Origin: Spirochaetaceae bacterium
Lineage (GTDB): Bacteria > Spirochaetota > Spirochaetia > DSM-2461
Reading direction: 5' to 3'
DNA: 64,000 nucleotides
NCBI GenBank assembly: GCA_051531975.1
Contig: JAOPTT010000014.1
Location: 135,167 to 199,166, forward strand
Under the pieces are notes generated by a model. That model was given only the letters and a program-made list of their open reading frames with translations, ran no database searches and was not told the DNA's origin. The first letter of the stretch is position 1, and every line of letters starts with the position of its first letter. This document shows, in pieces, positions 9,663 through 19,053 of this stretch. The position numbers were made by a program, and so were the translations under genes.

Positions 9663-11768
9663 ATTAATAATGTTCTTATAAAAATCTTTGTTACCAAACT
9701 TTGTATAAACTTCATCTCCTATTAGTACTTCATCCCTACCATAATGGATAAGGTATTTAATTGCATCGTCTGTAGCATATACATATTCATCGTTATGAAT
9801 TATGTAATTTTTATCATCTACAATATGAACAGCTAAAATAAAATCTCCACTATTTGAGTCCCAAATTCTAAAAGAAGAATCCCAGGATGATGTATACAGG
9901 TACTTCCCATTATTACTAAAGGTTACATCGGTTAATTGGTATGTATGACCTAACAAGTTAGTTACAACACCGTTATCTAAGGTGATTAATGTAGCTGTGG
10001 TATTAAAATATGATATTGCTATACTGTTATTAGATCCATTATAATCGATGTTTCTTGGTCTTTTATTACCAGTTTCATACTCTGATAATTTCTCTCCACT
10101 TTCAATACTCCAGACAGTTACTGTTCCATCACTTTCAGCTGTAAACAGTGTCTTACCATCATCAGAAACTTTAATTGTAGCGTCACTATAATTATCTAAA
10201 ACAATTGCTCTAATGGTCTCACCTGTTATTGCTGAAGCTATAATTACTGTATTCCGTTTATCTCCTATAGCTCCATAGGCTAAAATATCATTTTCTTGAC
10301 TAACAGAGACGTTTATTCTCATTCTTTTAGATTCAATTTCAATTCTTTTTTTAATTTCACCTGTCACAGCATCATATATGTCAATAATTCCATTTTCATA
10401 TCCACCTAATATAAGGTGTTTACCTTTATTATCCATCTCCAGGTCATAATATCTAACTTTATTTTTATTAAACCATAACTGTTTATTAGTTGTAAAATCT
10501 TCCCTATATAGATTGTAATCAGTTAAGACAATCACACTTTTATTATCAGGTAAAACCTTCATTTCATAAGCAGATGTATCATAATCACCAAAGCTTGTAA
10601 AATGTTCCATTTGATCTAAATCCCATACGATATTAGGGGAATTATGTTTGTATGGTGTAGCTGTCAGAACTTTGTCATCTAATATTGGTTCAACATCGTA
10701 TATCTTTAACCACTCTTTTGGATGTTTAATCAGAATCTTTCTTTCATTAAAATCGTAGCTTACAAAGTTTGTAGGTATGTCATAAAAGACTTTACTATCA
10801 CCCTCTACAAAATTAACCGCATAGGAGTATTCCTTATCTTTGTAGACTTCTTTTCCTTCGATCCAGTTTCTAATTGTTAAACCAGAGTTACAATATGCTA
10901 ATAGCTCACCATTGTTTGATAGTTTTATATTCATAAAACCGTTGCCCTTAATTGTTTCAGATAAAGATACATTTCCAGTTACAAAGTCTATTATTTCAAG
11001 CTCTCCACTATAACTTCCTACTGCTAAATATTGTCCATTACCAGATAAGTTTACTGCCGATGGAGAGAACCTTAGATCAATATTTCTACTATTTAATCCT
11101 GTTTCAATATCATAGACCCTAAACTTATCCTCTGATCCATTTCTAAGTATGAACTCATTTGTAAAATCATTTACTGTTAAATAATATACATTTTTAGCGT
11201 CATCAATTGTCATAATCTTAATAAGTTCTTTAGTTACAAGATCAAATTGATAGATCATCCCATAACTTGAAGCAATTATTTGTGTTCCATTTTTAGCAAA
11301 ATCATAGGACTGGAAATCCCTGTATTTTGTATGGTTATTTTTAATTACAAAATCAAGATTACCACTTTCTATATCCCAGAAGTAGATTCCTTTTCCTCTA
11401 ACTAAGCATGTAACTTGTTTATTATCTGGAGTAATTTTAATTTTAACGTCTTCATTGATTAGTTTATTCCAAACAGGTTTCATATTACTTGTATCGTAAG
11501 CTATTAGTCCTGTGAGTTCAGTATGTGCTACTAAGTATTTCCCATCAGTAGAGACTTTTGATTCAAATGCTCTAGTTGGAAATACATTTTGCCCAAAACC
11601 TTCATAGTTCTTAGCTATTTCTAAACCTTGTCCCGGCATATACAAGGAACTGCTAACAGCCTCTTCTTTAATACTAGTTTTACTTTCAGTTTTATTTTCT
11701 GATGTAGTCTCTGTCGTAAGACAACTAAAACACAATGTTGTAATTAATAATAAAATAATCTTTTTCAT
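9660..11768 (-). CDS. WD40/beta-propeller lipoprotein
   Basis: Lipobox LCFSC after MKKIILL (start moved to the ATG at 11768) and WD-type repeats such as LLGHTYQLTDVTFSNNGKYLYTSSWDSSFRIWD. Confidence 0.88.
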   Translation of the reverse strand: MKKIILLLITTLCFSCLTTETTSENKTESKTSIKEEAVSSSLYMPGQGLEIAKNYEGFGQNVFPTRAFESKVSTDGKYLVAHTELTGLIAYDTSNMKPVWNKLINEDVKIKITPDNKQVTCLVRGKGIYFWDIESGNLDFVIKNNHTKYRDFQSYDFAKNGTQIIASSYGMIYQFDLVTKELIKIMTIDDAKNVYYLTVNDFTNEFILRNGSEDKFRVYDIETGLNSRNIDLRFSPSAVNLSGNGQYLAVGSYSGELEIIDFVTGNVSLSETIKGNGFMNIKLSNNGELLAYCNSGLTIRNWIEGKEVYKDKEYSYAVNFVEGDSKVFYDIPTNFVSYDFNERKILIKHPKEWLKIYDVEPILDDKVLTATPYKHNSPNIVWDLDQMEHFTSFGDYDTSAYEMKVLPDNKSVIVLTDYNLYREDFTTNKQLWFNKNKVRYYDLEMDNKGKHLILGGYENGIIDIYDAVTGEIKKRIEIESKRMRINVSVSQENDILAYGAIGDKRNTVIIASAITGETIRAIVLDNYSDATIKVSDDGKTLFTAESDGTVTVWSIESGEKLSEYETGNKRPRNIDYNGSNNSIAISYFNTTATLITLDNGVVTNLLGHTYQLTDVTFSNNGKYLYTSSWDSSFRIWDSNSGDFILAVHIVDDKNYIIHNDEYVYATDDAIKYLIHYGRDEVLIGDEVYTKFGNKDFYKNIIN

Positions 11769-11838
11769 AATAAATTTATTCTCCAATATATTTTGTAATA
11801 TAGGATGCTCCTAACTAACCATCCTATTAGCTACAGTA

Positions 11839-13581
11839 TTACATCTTTTCCAAATATGGGATATTTAAAAGATAAAAGATATTTTTTAATACCTGTAATA
11901 CTACTTTAGATAGTTCTATTCTAGAAAAGTCTAAGTTTTTGTCTTCGTTATTTAATATCTGATTCTCATGATAAAACCGGGAGTAGGTTTTACATAAATT
12001 ATATAAATATGTAGTTAATACCGATGGATTTAGGTCCTTAGCTGCCAATTCTATAACAGATGGATAGTTTGCAACTATTTTAATTAATTCCCAGGCTTCA
12101 TCCGAAGTTAATAGCTGTGGTTTTAACTTATACCCTGCCGTATCCATAGTACTGAATTTATTTATTAATGTTGTTATTCTAGCTCCAGTATACTGCATGT
12201 ATGGGCCTGTGTTACCAGAGAAAGCCAGAGACTCTTTTGGGTTAAACATAATATCTTTATAGGTAGAAATATGTAGTAGGTAATAATTTAAAGCAGCCAA
12301 TACAATGTTATGTGCTGTCTCTTTAATATCGACCTTATCGTCTAATCTATCCCGACTATTAATTTCATCTATGGCAATTGTCTCTAAACTTTCAAGTAGA
12401 GTATCTGCATCAACAACTGTACCTTCCCGGGATTTCATCTTGCCATCAGGTAGTACAACCATTCCATAAGATAGATGGTGTAACATGTCTGCCCATTCAT
12501 ATCCCATTTTTTTTAATAGATGAAACAGTATTTTAAAGTGATAATCCTGCTCTGATGCAACGACGTATATTAATCTATTAAACTCAAAATCATCCCGTCG
12601 TTTTATAGCTGTTCCTAAATCTTGTGTTACATATACCGATGTTCCATCTGATCGTAGTAGTACTTTATTATCTAGGTCTATATCTTTTAGATCACATCGA
12701 ATACTTCCATCTTCATCTTTATAAAATGTTCCATTTTCTAGACCTTCTAAAACAATTTCTTTACCAGCTAGATATGTTTCATCTTCATAATAATAGCTAT
12801 CAAATGATATTCCAGTATTTTTATATGTCTGATTAACTCCTTCTAGTGTCCAGTTATTCATTTTCTTCCAAAGGTTTAATACTTCTGTGTCTCCAGCTTC
12901 CCATTGTTGTAACAGTTTTTGGGCTTTAACTTCTGCTGAGCTATCAGTCTTTGACCATTCATTATATTTTACGTAGTAGTTTCCAACAAAGTGGTCACCT
13001 TTTAATCCTGTGCTTTCTGGTGTTGTTCCATTTCCAAACTCCATGTATGCCAGCATTGATTTACATATATGGATTCCACGGTTATTAATTAGATTTACTT
13101 TTTTAACTTCTGCTCCATTGTTTTTTAATATCCGGGCATTACTTTCACCTAATATATCATTCCGCAGATGTCCTAAATGTAGTGGCTTATTTGTATTTGG
13201 GGATGAGAACTCGATCATAATCTTCTGACCTTTTAATGTCTCATTCTTACCATAATCACTTCCTAAAGTTAGAACATTATTGATAACGTCAGCAAAGAGT
13301 TTCTCTCTATCTATAAATATATTTATATATGCACCTTCTACTTTTATATTCCCGGAACCATTAATAAGCCCAGCAATTCCCTTAGCTAAACTAATTGGAG
13401 ATTCTTTAAAATCCTTAGCAAATGGAAACATGGGAAAGCATAAGTCTCCCTGTGATGCATTAGGTGGTGTTTGTATCAATAACCTTTTCTCGATATCTAC
13501 TATTTCTATAGATTGTTCTATAGCTCTCTCTTGTAGGGCTTCTATAATTATAGATTTCCACTCACTTTTCAATTCCAACAT
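11839..13581 (-). CDS. argS: Arginine--tRNA ligase
   Basis: EFSSPNTNKPLHLGHLRN (HIGH), KMKSREG, GNTGPYMQY, a DALR-type domain and the C-terminal EKM. Confidence 0.98.
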   Translation of the reverse strand: MLELKSEWKSIIIEALQERAIEQSIEIVDIEKRLLIQTPPNASQGDLCFPMFPFAKDFKESPISLAKGIAGLINGSGNIKVEGAYINIFIDREKLFADVINNVLTLGSDYGKNETLKGQKIMIEFSSPNTNKPLHLGHLRNDILGESNARILKNNGAEVKKVNLINNRGIHICKSMLAYMEFGNGTTPESTGLKGDHFVGNYYVKYNEWSKTDSSAEVKAQKLLQQWEAGDTEVLNLWKKMNNWTLEGVNQTYKNTGISFDSYYYEDETYLAGKEIVLEGLENGTFYKDEDGSIRCDLKDIDLDNKVLLRSDGTSVYVTQDLGTAIKRRDDFEFNRLIYVVASEQDYHFKILFHLLKKMGYEWADMLHHLSYGMVVLPDGKMKSREGTVVDADTLLESLETIAIDEINSRDRLDDKVDIKETAHNIVLAALNYYLLHISTYKDIMFNPKESLAFSGNTGPYMQYTGARITTLINKFSTMDTAGYKLKPQLLTSDEAWELIKIVANYPSVIELAAKDLNPSVLTTYLYNLCKTYSRFYHENQILNNEDKNLDFSRIELSKVVLQVLKNIFYLLNIPYLEKM

Positions 13582-13593
13582 CTTTGTCTCCTA

Positions 13594-13669
13594 GGTTGCA
13601 TCGGCGAGCAGAACCTTCGTTCGACCAGCCTTGGTTGCATAGGCGAGCAGTACTTTCGTCACACCAGCC
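13594..13669 (-). repeat. Tandem pair of a 37-nt structured motif directly 5' of the argS Shine-Dalgarno sequence
   Basis: Units at 13594-13630 and 13633-13669. mRNA consensus GGCUGGU-[hairpin]-UGCUCGCCnAUGCAACC; the same motif precedes thrS. Confidence 0.85.
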
Positions 13670-13693
13670 TTTAATTTGGTAAATATTTTGTGC

Positions 13694-13722
13694 AAAAAAA
13701 AACGACCCCATTAGGAGTCGTC
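13694..13722 (-). terminator. Intrinsic terminator of the argS attenuator
   Basis: mRNA GACGACUCC-UAAU-GGGGUCG followed by a 9-U tract, upstream of argS. Confidence 0.85.
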
Positions 13723-13743
13723 AAATTATATAAATATATCGTT

Positions 13744-13842
13744 TTAACAATATCTTATAATACCCCTATCCAAGCAAAAAGATTGTCTTCTCCTTGAGTT
13801 AACTGAGTTTATAGATCTGTTAAAAATTCTTGTATTGTTCAT
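13744..13842 (-). CDS. Arg-rich leader peptide of argS (32 aa)
   Basis: MNNTRIFNRSINSVNSRRRQSFCLDRGIIRYC* has 7 Arg including AGG AGA AGA, and lies between the promoter and the terminator. Confidence 0.75.
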   Translation of the reverse strand: MNNTRIFNRSINSVNSRRRQSFCLDRGIIRYC

Positions 13843-13851
13843 TATGTAATT

Positions 13852-13880
13852 AGCATAGTAATTAATATAATATTTATCAA
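13852..13880 (-). promoter_or_regulatory. Sigma70-type promoter of the argS leader
   Basis: TTGATA-N17-TATGCT, 9 nt upstream of the leader ATG. Confidence 0.6.
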
Positions 13881-14249
13881 GGGCTAGTAAATTTGTAGTA
13901 CATTTAATAAAATTTATAGGTGTTGATGTAATAATATTGTTTTAACTGGTCCTCAAGGAACAATAATCCCAGTAATCTGTTCTTTATACTAATATCTCTA
14001 TAAATGTATATGTCGTGTGTATATTTAGGGTCCTGTAAAAGTTACTTATATGTTGAAGTAAAGTGAGTATTCATTAGAATATACTCACAATAATTCTATA
14101 ATTTGGGGAGTTTCCTCTATAATTTCCCAAAGTTTACTTTAGAGTTGAATTATTATACATTAAGAGTGAAACCGAAGTGGTGTTGCTTTTCTTAGTCTAC
14201 AAGAAATGTAAAAAAAGGATAATCTAATTTAAGATTTTGATATATTCAT

Positions 14250-15686
14250 TTAATTGTCAGCAATTTTATCAAAAAAGCTTTCTATGCGATCTACAAAAGA
14301 GACAAGTTTATCATTTCTTTCAAAAATTTCATATTTCAATGCATTATAACATCTTTTTAGTTCCTTACTTAATACGATATCTTCATATAGATCAGATTCT
14401 TCTATATAACTAATATATAGTATAAATATAGAGTACAAATATGGTTTACTTGTAAATTCCAAAGAGTTTTGAAGATATATCATATCAGTTATATCGTTCT
14501 TAATTTTTGATAATTCTTCACCTGAGAAATCTTGAGAAATCTCAAATAATCTTTTAATAAATGGTATAGTGAATTCTAAGTTTGTATCTTTTACATTATT
14601 ACAAATAGTTCGAAGTATTTCATGCACATAATGCAAAAAACCCCTATTAATCATTTTCTTAGAATCAAATTCTATAAAATCTATTCTCAAAGTTAAATTA
14701 AATGATAATTCAATTACAGATGAATTATTATCGTTTATGGATAAAATGGAAAAAGCTTTAAAAAAATCTTTTACAATTGAGTTAATTCGCTCTTCAGAGT
14801 TATAGCTTTTTAATAAATCTTCCATTGCCCAATATATATTGCTTAGTAGTGATTTTATATTTTGAAGCAATATATCTGAGGAAGAAATTGTCTTGATTGT
14901 AGTCGTTAATGCTGCAACATTATCTCTAATTATTTGATAGTTCTTATCTAGTGCGGCAATTTTAATCTCATCTAATAGAAATTGCATGAGTCCATATAAT
15001 ATTGACTCATAGTCAATTCCAAGTTTTATATATTTCTTAATTTTTCTTGAGAATTTTTTTCTTTCTATATCATTTTCAAAACTTGCAATCCAGGTATTTT
15101 GCTTTAAGTTAGTACCACAAATTAATCTGAAGCAAATTTTATCTTTTATTTTTCTTATAGGCTTTGTCTTTATTTTAATAATTGTTAAATTACTTTCTAA
15201 AATACTACTACTCGTTAATGAGTAATCAGATCTAAATAAATCAAAATCTGATTCTTTTTCTAATATCTCAAGTTCATCATTAATTTTTTTCCATTTATAA
15301 TTATTTTGAATCTCTAACATTTTTCTAAAAATGTACTGAAATAAAATATTAAATTTGTAAACATTAGAGTTTTTGTGAAAGTTGTAGTATTTGATATAAA
15401 AACTGATTATTCGTATATATATAATGATGATTACAATTATTATAATTATTTCTGGATATATTTGTTTCCCTATAAATAATGGTGAAACCTTTGATGGTAT
15501 ATTAAATATATCAATAATATAAGTTGACGTTAATAATAATACTGTAAATAAAATAATCCTAAAAATGCTGGCTAATTTTAAATAAAATTCAAAGAAGTAA
15601 TTAGAATATTTATTTGTACCTTGAAAATAGACAATTGCAATAGGAATTATAATTCCAATAATTACGGACAAAAGACCAAATATCAT
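14250..15686 (-). CDS. Hypothetical membrane protein (about 3 N-terminal TM helices plus a helical soluble domain)
   Basis: Long ORF with a GAGGTG RBS and three hydrophobic segments in the first ~100 aa; very AT-rich. Confidence 0.7.
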   Translation of the reverse strand: MIFGLLSVIIGIIIPIAIVYFQGTNKYSNYFFEFYLKLASIFRIILFTVLLLTSTYIIDIFNIPSKVSPLFIGKQIYPEIIIIIVIIIIYIRIISFYIKYYNFHKNSNVYKFNILFQYIFRKMLEIQNNYKWKKINDELEILEKESDFDLFRSDYSLTSSSILESNLTIIKIKTKPIRKIKDKICFRLICGTNLKQNTWIASFENDIERKKFSRKIKKYIKLGIDYESILYGLMQFLLDEIKIAALDKNYQIIRDNVAALTTTIKTISSSDILLQNIKSLLSNIYWAMEDLLKSYNSEERINSIVKDFFKAFSILSINDNNSSVIELSFNLTLRIDFIEFDSKKMINRGFLHYVHEILRTICNNVKDTNLEFTIPFIKRLFEISQDFSGEELSKIKNDITDMIYLQNSLEFTSKPYLYSIFILYISYIEESDLYEDIVLSKELKRCYNALKYEIFERNDKLVSFVDRIESFFDKIADN

Positions 15687-15846
15687 ATATTAAACACCAC
15701 CTCAAATCAGAATTCACTTCTTATTTTATTCAATGTAATAAATATTTTTACCGAATAAAATACCACATAGGAGCGAACTCTCATTATTTTATTTCAGAGA
15801 GTATAACAAAAGGTTTGTCACTTCCAATATCTTACTCTATTTTATA

Positions 15847-17655
15847 TTAAACGATAGTTAATTTTAATTTTCTTCTATCGAGTTTTCTTTGAATTTTTGT
15901 CATTGATATTTTACTACGCATCCAATTTCTTAAATTAAATGCTTTTTGCATATCTGACTCACTGGAATCATATTCATCACCAATAATCTCTTCAATAATT
16001 TCAAGAATATTATTTATTAGTTTTGTTATAGCTCCATTATCTAATAAATATTTACCATCAAGAATATGATTAACAATAGTTCTTTGACTAATTGAATCAT
16101 GAAACCTATAAACATATCCTATTGCATAAATAATTTGCCATTTAGCCAACGTCGACTGATATCTTATTGAATCCTTATCTATTACCTTTTTTTCGTTTTT
16201 TAACATTTCTTGTAGATGAATCCATATAGTAATTATCGCAGCTACTTCTTTTGTTCTACATTTATCATAAAAATTTAATTCTTCATCATCTTCTCCAAAT
16301 ACTTTCCAATAAAGTCCTCCTAAATTAGAATCTGTTTCGTATAATAATGAAGATTTTGATTGAAAAGTAATAGGATCGAACATAAATGAATATAATAACT
16401 TTGCTAGAGTATCCATTTGCATAATTGATACATATTCATTTTTTCTTTTTTTATGATATCGTCGTTTTGGTTGATACAAAATTGATATATGTGGATTTTG
16501 TCCTTTATAGGAAAATTTTTGAAGTTCTTTTTCTAAAAATACTTGAATATCATCATTTGATCTAAAATCAGAGATTTTAATTGCTGTTTGATTATTATTT
16601 GCAGTAATTATTTCTCTATTTATTCCCTTTTTTTCAGATTTAAGATCACCTGCTTTTGTCAATCTCATAATTACTTGAACATCATTTAATTTACCTAGAT
16701 ATTCTTTTTCCATTTTTGCTATTGTAGATACTGTTTGAGCCCCATTAATTATTTGAAAGTTTTCACATTCTATACATGTATGAGGACCATCTTCTATCAC
16801 CTCATAGCTAGTACATATTGCAGATATTCCATTGTTTAAATAATAAAATAGTTCAGGATGATTTATAATCGTATTCTTTATTTTTTTATTTACAGGTTTT
16901 GCTCCTAAATAACCACGAATATTATAAGTAAACAAACTTTCTCGATTATTATTGTACTCATAAATACTTTTAATCTGTGATCCTTTAATTATTAAAATGA
17001 CTGTTTCGTAATCCGTTTCTTTAGCAACTAATTTTGTAATGTCTAAATATGCTTTATTATCTCTTGAAATTGTTTGAATAGGTATTTTAACTTTATCAGG
17101 TATTCCTTTAGACTGTGATATCGTATTTTTATATTCAATCCATATTTCATTTAAATCAACAAAGGAATAATCAATTTTCTCTGATTTAGTTTTTGTTTCT
17201 TTCAAATATTCATCAATATCAACATTGGTAACAAAATAGTAATATACAGATTTTTTAGAAGTAAAATCTTGTAGATGAAATTTTAACTCTTCGTTTCCGT
17301 GCTCTATCACGTAATTTTTATTTATTAAATTATCATGTAATAATTTGAATCCAGCAATTTCATCTCTATCAACGGTATGTTTTTTTCCTTTATACTTAAA
17401 CTGAAAAATTAAATAATTATCATCTTTAATGAAAATGCAATCAGCACCTAGATCTCCTGCTCCATCAATATTCAGTCCATCTTCAATTTCTTCATCGGTT
17501 AAGTTAAATTTATTAGACAAAATTTCAGTTACATAGAAATATGCAAAAGCATAACCTTTATGTATGTTACTTGGTTCAATAATTCCTTTCTTTTTATAAT
17601 AATCTTCCATTTTTTCTTTTATAATTGTTTTCATTTTATCTTTAGATATTTTCAT
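15847..17655 (-). CDS. AIPR family protein with N-terminal PD-(D/E)xK/Mrr-like nuclease motif
   Basis: AIPR motifs NIRGYLG, FYYLNNGI, QIINGAQT and NNQT; N-terminal DGAGDLGAD...FQFKY. Confidence 0.9.
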   Translation of the reverse strand: MKISKDKMKTIIKEKMEDYYKKKGIIEPSNIHKGYAFAYFYVTEILSNKFNLTDEEIEDGLNIDGAGDLGADCIFIKDDNYLIFQFKYKGKKHTVDRDEIAGFKLLHDNLINKNYVIEHGNEELKFHLQDFTSKKSVYYYFVTNVDIDEYLKETKTKSEKIDYSFVDLNEIWIEYKNTISQSKGIPDKVKIPIQTISRDNKAYLDITKLVAKETDYETVILIIKGSQIKSIYEYNNNRESLFTYNIRGYLGAKPVNKKIKNTIINHPELFYYLNNGISAICTSYEVIEDGPHTCIECENFQIINGAQTVSTIAKMEKEYLGKLNDVQVIMRLTKAGDLKSEKKGINREIITANNNQTAIKISDFRSNDDIQVFLEKELQKFSYKGQNPHISILYQPKRRYHKKRKNEYVSIMQMDTLAKLLYSFMFDPITFQSKSSLLYETDSNLGGLYWKVFGEDDEELNFYDKCRTKEVAAIITIWIHLQEMLKNEKKVIDKDSIRYQSTLAKWQIIYAIGYVYRFHDSISQRTIVNHILDGKYLLDNGAITKLINNILEIIEEIIGDEYDSSESDMQKAFNLRNWMRSKISMTKIQRKLDRRKLKLTIV

Positions 17656-17725
17656 TAAAACTCCTTATATTTAAATGATGAATGTATTGACCTTGTCGTA
17701 TTCTTATATTTATTTTTTTTGGGTT

Positions 17726-18748
17726 CTATCCCACAATCAACCCCTTCTGTGGCAGCAAGTCCCTAAGAACGTATGTTCTGTATATTGATGCCGCTTGAAA
17801 GAACTTGTAGACGTGTTGTAGCTTTACTGTTTCTGATGGCATTATTTGTAGGTTTATTATGTCTTCGTTCCAGGGTCTGTAGGTTGGGATGTCTTCTTTT
17901 ATGTGTTTGTATAATGACCCATCTATTCCTGCTGTTTGCCATGCTAAGATTCTTTTTGCTTTTGGTTCTTTTTGAGATAGTATATTGCTAACTGTCTCTT
18001 TAATATCGTCGAACTGTAGGTTTACATCTGGGTCTGTTAGATCTGGGCGTAGGTTTGCTATCTTCTTAAAATAGTTGAATAATCCTTCTGAACCTTCCAT
18101 AAAGGTTTTATGATTATCTCTTATGTCTGATTGGTTATTACCATATTTAAAAGACCAGGAAAGGTATGGTCTATCAGGGTTAGTGTATACGCAGCCATGT
18201 CCAAGTGGTAGGAATCTTGTGAACCTAGTTAAGAACTTCTCTTTTTTCTTGTTTATATGGGCTAATATTTCTCCAACTACACCAAGTTTTATACTATCTG
18301 TATCAACTAAATTTATTTTATGATTAATCCCTGCAAAACCGTAATGGGCAAAAGTATCTGCATAAACATGGGCTATTACACCTACAAGTTCAACAAAGTA
18401 CTCCTTGTCTACATTTTGATAAGCATAGTCTAATATTTTTAAAGCATTGGAACTATTCATCCTACAAACTAATCGATCGTAATAACTCTCGCCCTCATTC
18501 CCTGGTAAAAAATGAAAAGGAACCCAAACCTTTCTTTGATCCTTCTTATTTGCATTACTTATATTTGTTGCGTGGTGAGCAGTTGCAATGGTATGAATAC
18601 ACGAACCGTCTGATAAAATTATATCCTCATCTTTTGCATTGTCATCAACAAACTGTGCTGCTGTTGCAATGACTCTAACTATTTCTTTACTTAAACCTGC
18701 TGCCCTTGCTAAAGCAAAGGTCCCATAATAATGCATATCTATTTGCAT
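17726..18748 (-). CDS. DUF6765-like protein (putative Zn-dependent phospholipase C/P1 nuclease fold), paralog 1
   Basis: MQIDMHYYGT, QFVDD, PFHFLPGN, HVYADTFAH, LGHG and PDRP motifs. Confidence 0.75.
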   Translation of the reverse strand: MQIDMHYYGTFALARAAGLSKEIVRVIATAAQFVDDNAKDEDIILSDGSCIHTIATAHHATNISNANKKDQRKVWVPFHFLPGNEGESYYDRLVCRMNSSNALKILDYAYQNVDKEYFVELVGVIAHVYADTFAHYGFAGINHKINLVDTDSIKLGVVGEILAHINKKKEKFLTRFTRFLPLGHGCVYTNPDRPYLSWSFKYGNNQSDIRDNHKTFMEGSEGLFNYFKKIANLRPDLTDPDVNLQFDDIKETVSNILSQKEPKAKRILAWQTAGIDGSLYKHIKEDIPTYRPWNEDIINLQIMPSETVKLQHVYKFFQAASIYRTYVLRDLLPQKGLIVG

Positions 18749-19018
18749 GTAACATCCTTGTTTTAATTATCCTGTTAACTTTATTAATAATGTTATCAGG
18801 TTTATTGCACATGTCTATAAACCAAAAGTTATATTTTTGGCTATATTTTCATATTTCCTTATAGATTTGGCGCTATATTGTTGGGTTTTAACGTGTTTCT
18901 TGTTAATTGTTTGGGTTTTACTGCTTTTTTATGTTTATTTAATCTTAAATTAATATTTCTTTTATCTTTGTTTAATATTTGTTATTGGCATGTTGTTGCT
19001 TTAGTTTTAACTTTAGGC

Positions 19019-19037
19019 AATACTTAACGTAAGTATT
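19019..19037. promoter_or_regulatory. Candidate ROK-repressor operator
   Basis: aatactta-acg-taagtatt inverted repeat just upstream of the ROK gene RBS. Confidence 0.55.
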
Positions 19038-19053
19038 AAATCGAGGAGCTATT

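Noticed and set aside
13594..13669. The 37-nt repeats as a mini-CRISPR, T-box or coding repeat
   Set aside because: There are only two units per site, separated by 2-3 nt, with no cas genes. There is no specifier stem or T-box consensus. One frame reads AGxTKVLLA twice, but it has no ATG and the 40-nt period at thrS breaks the frame.
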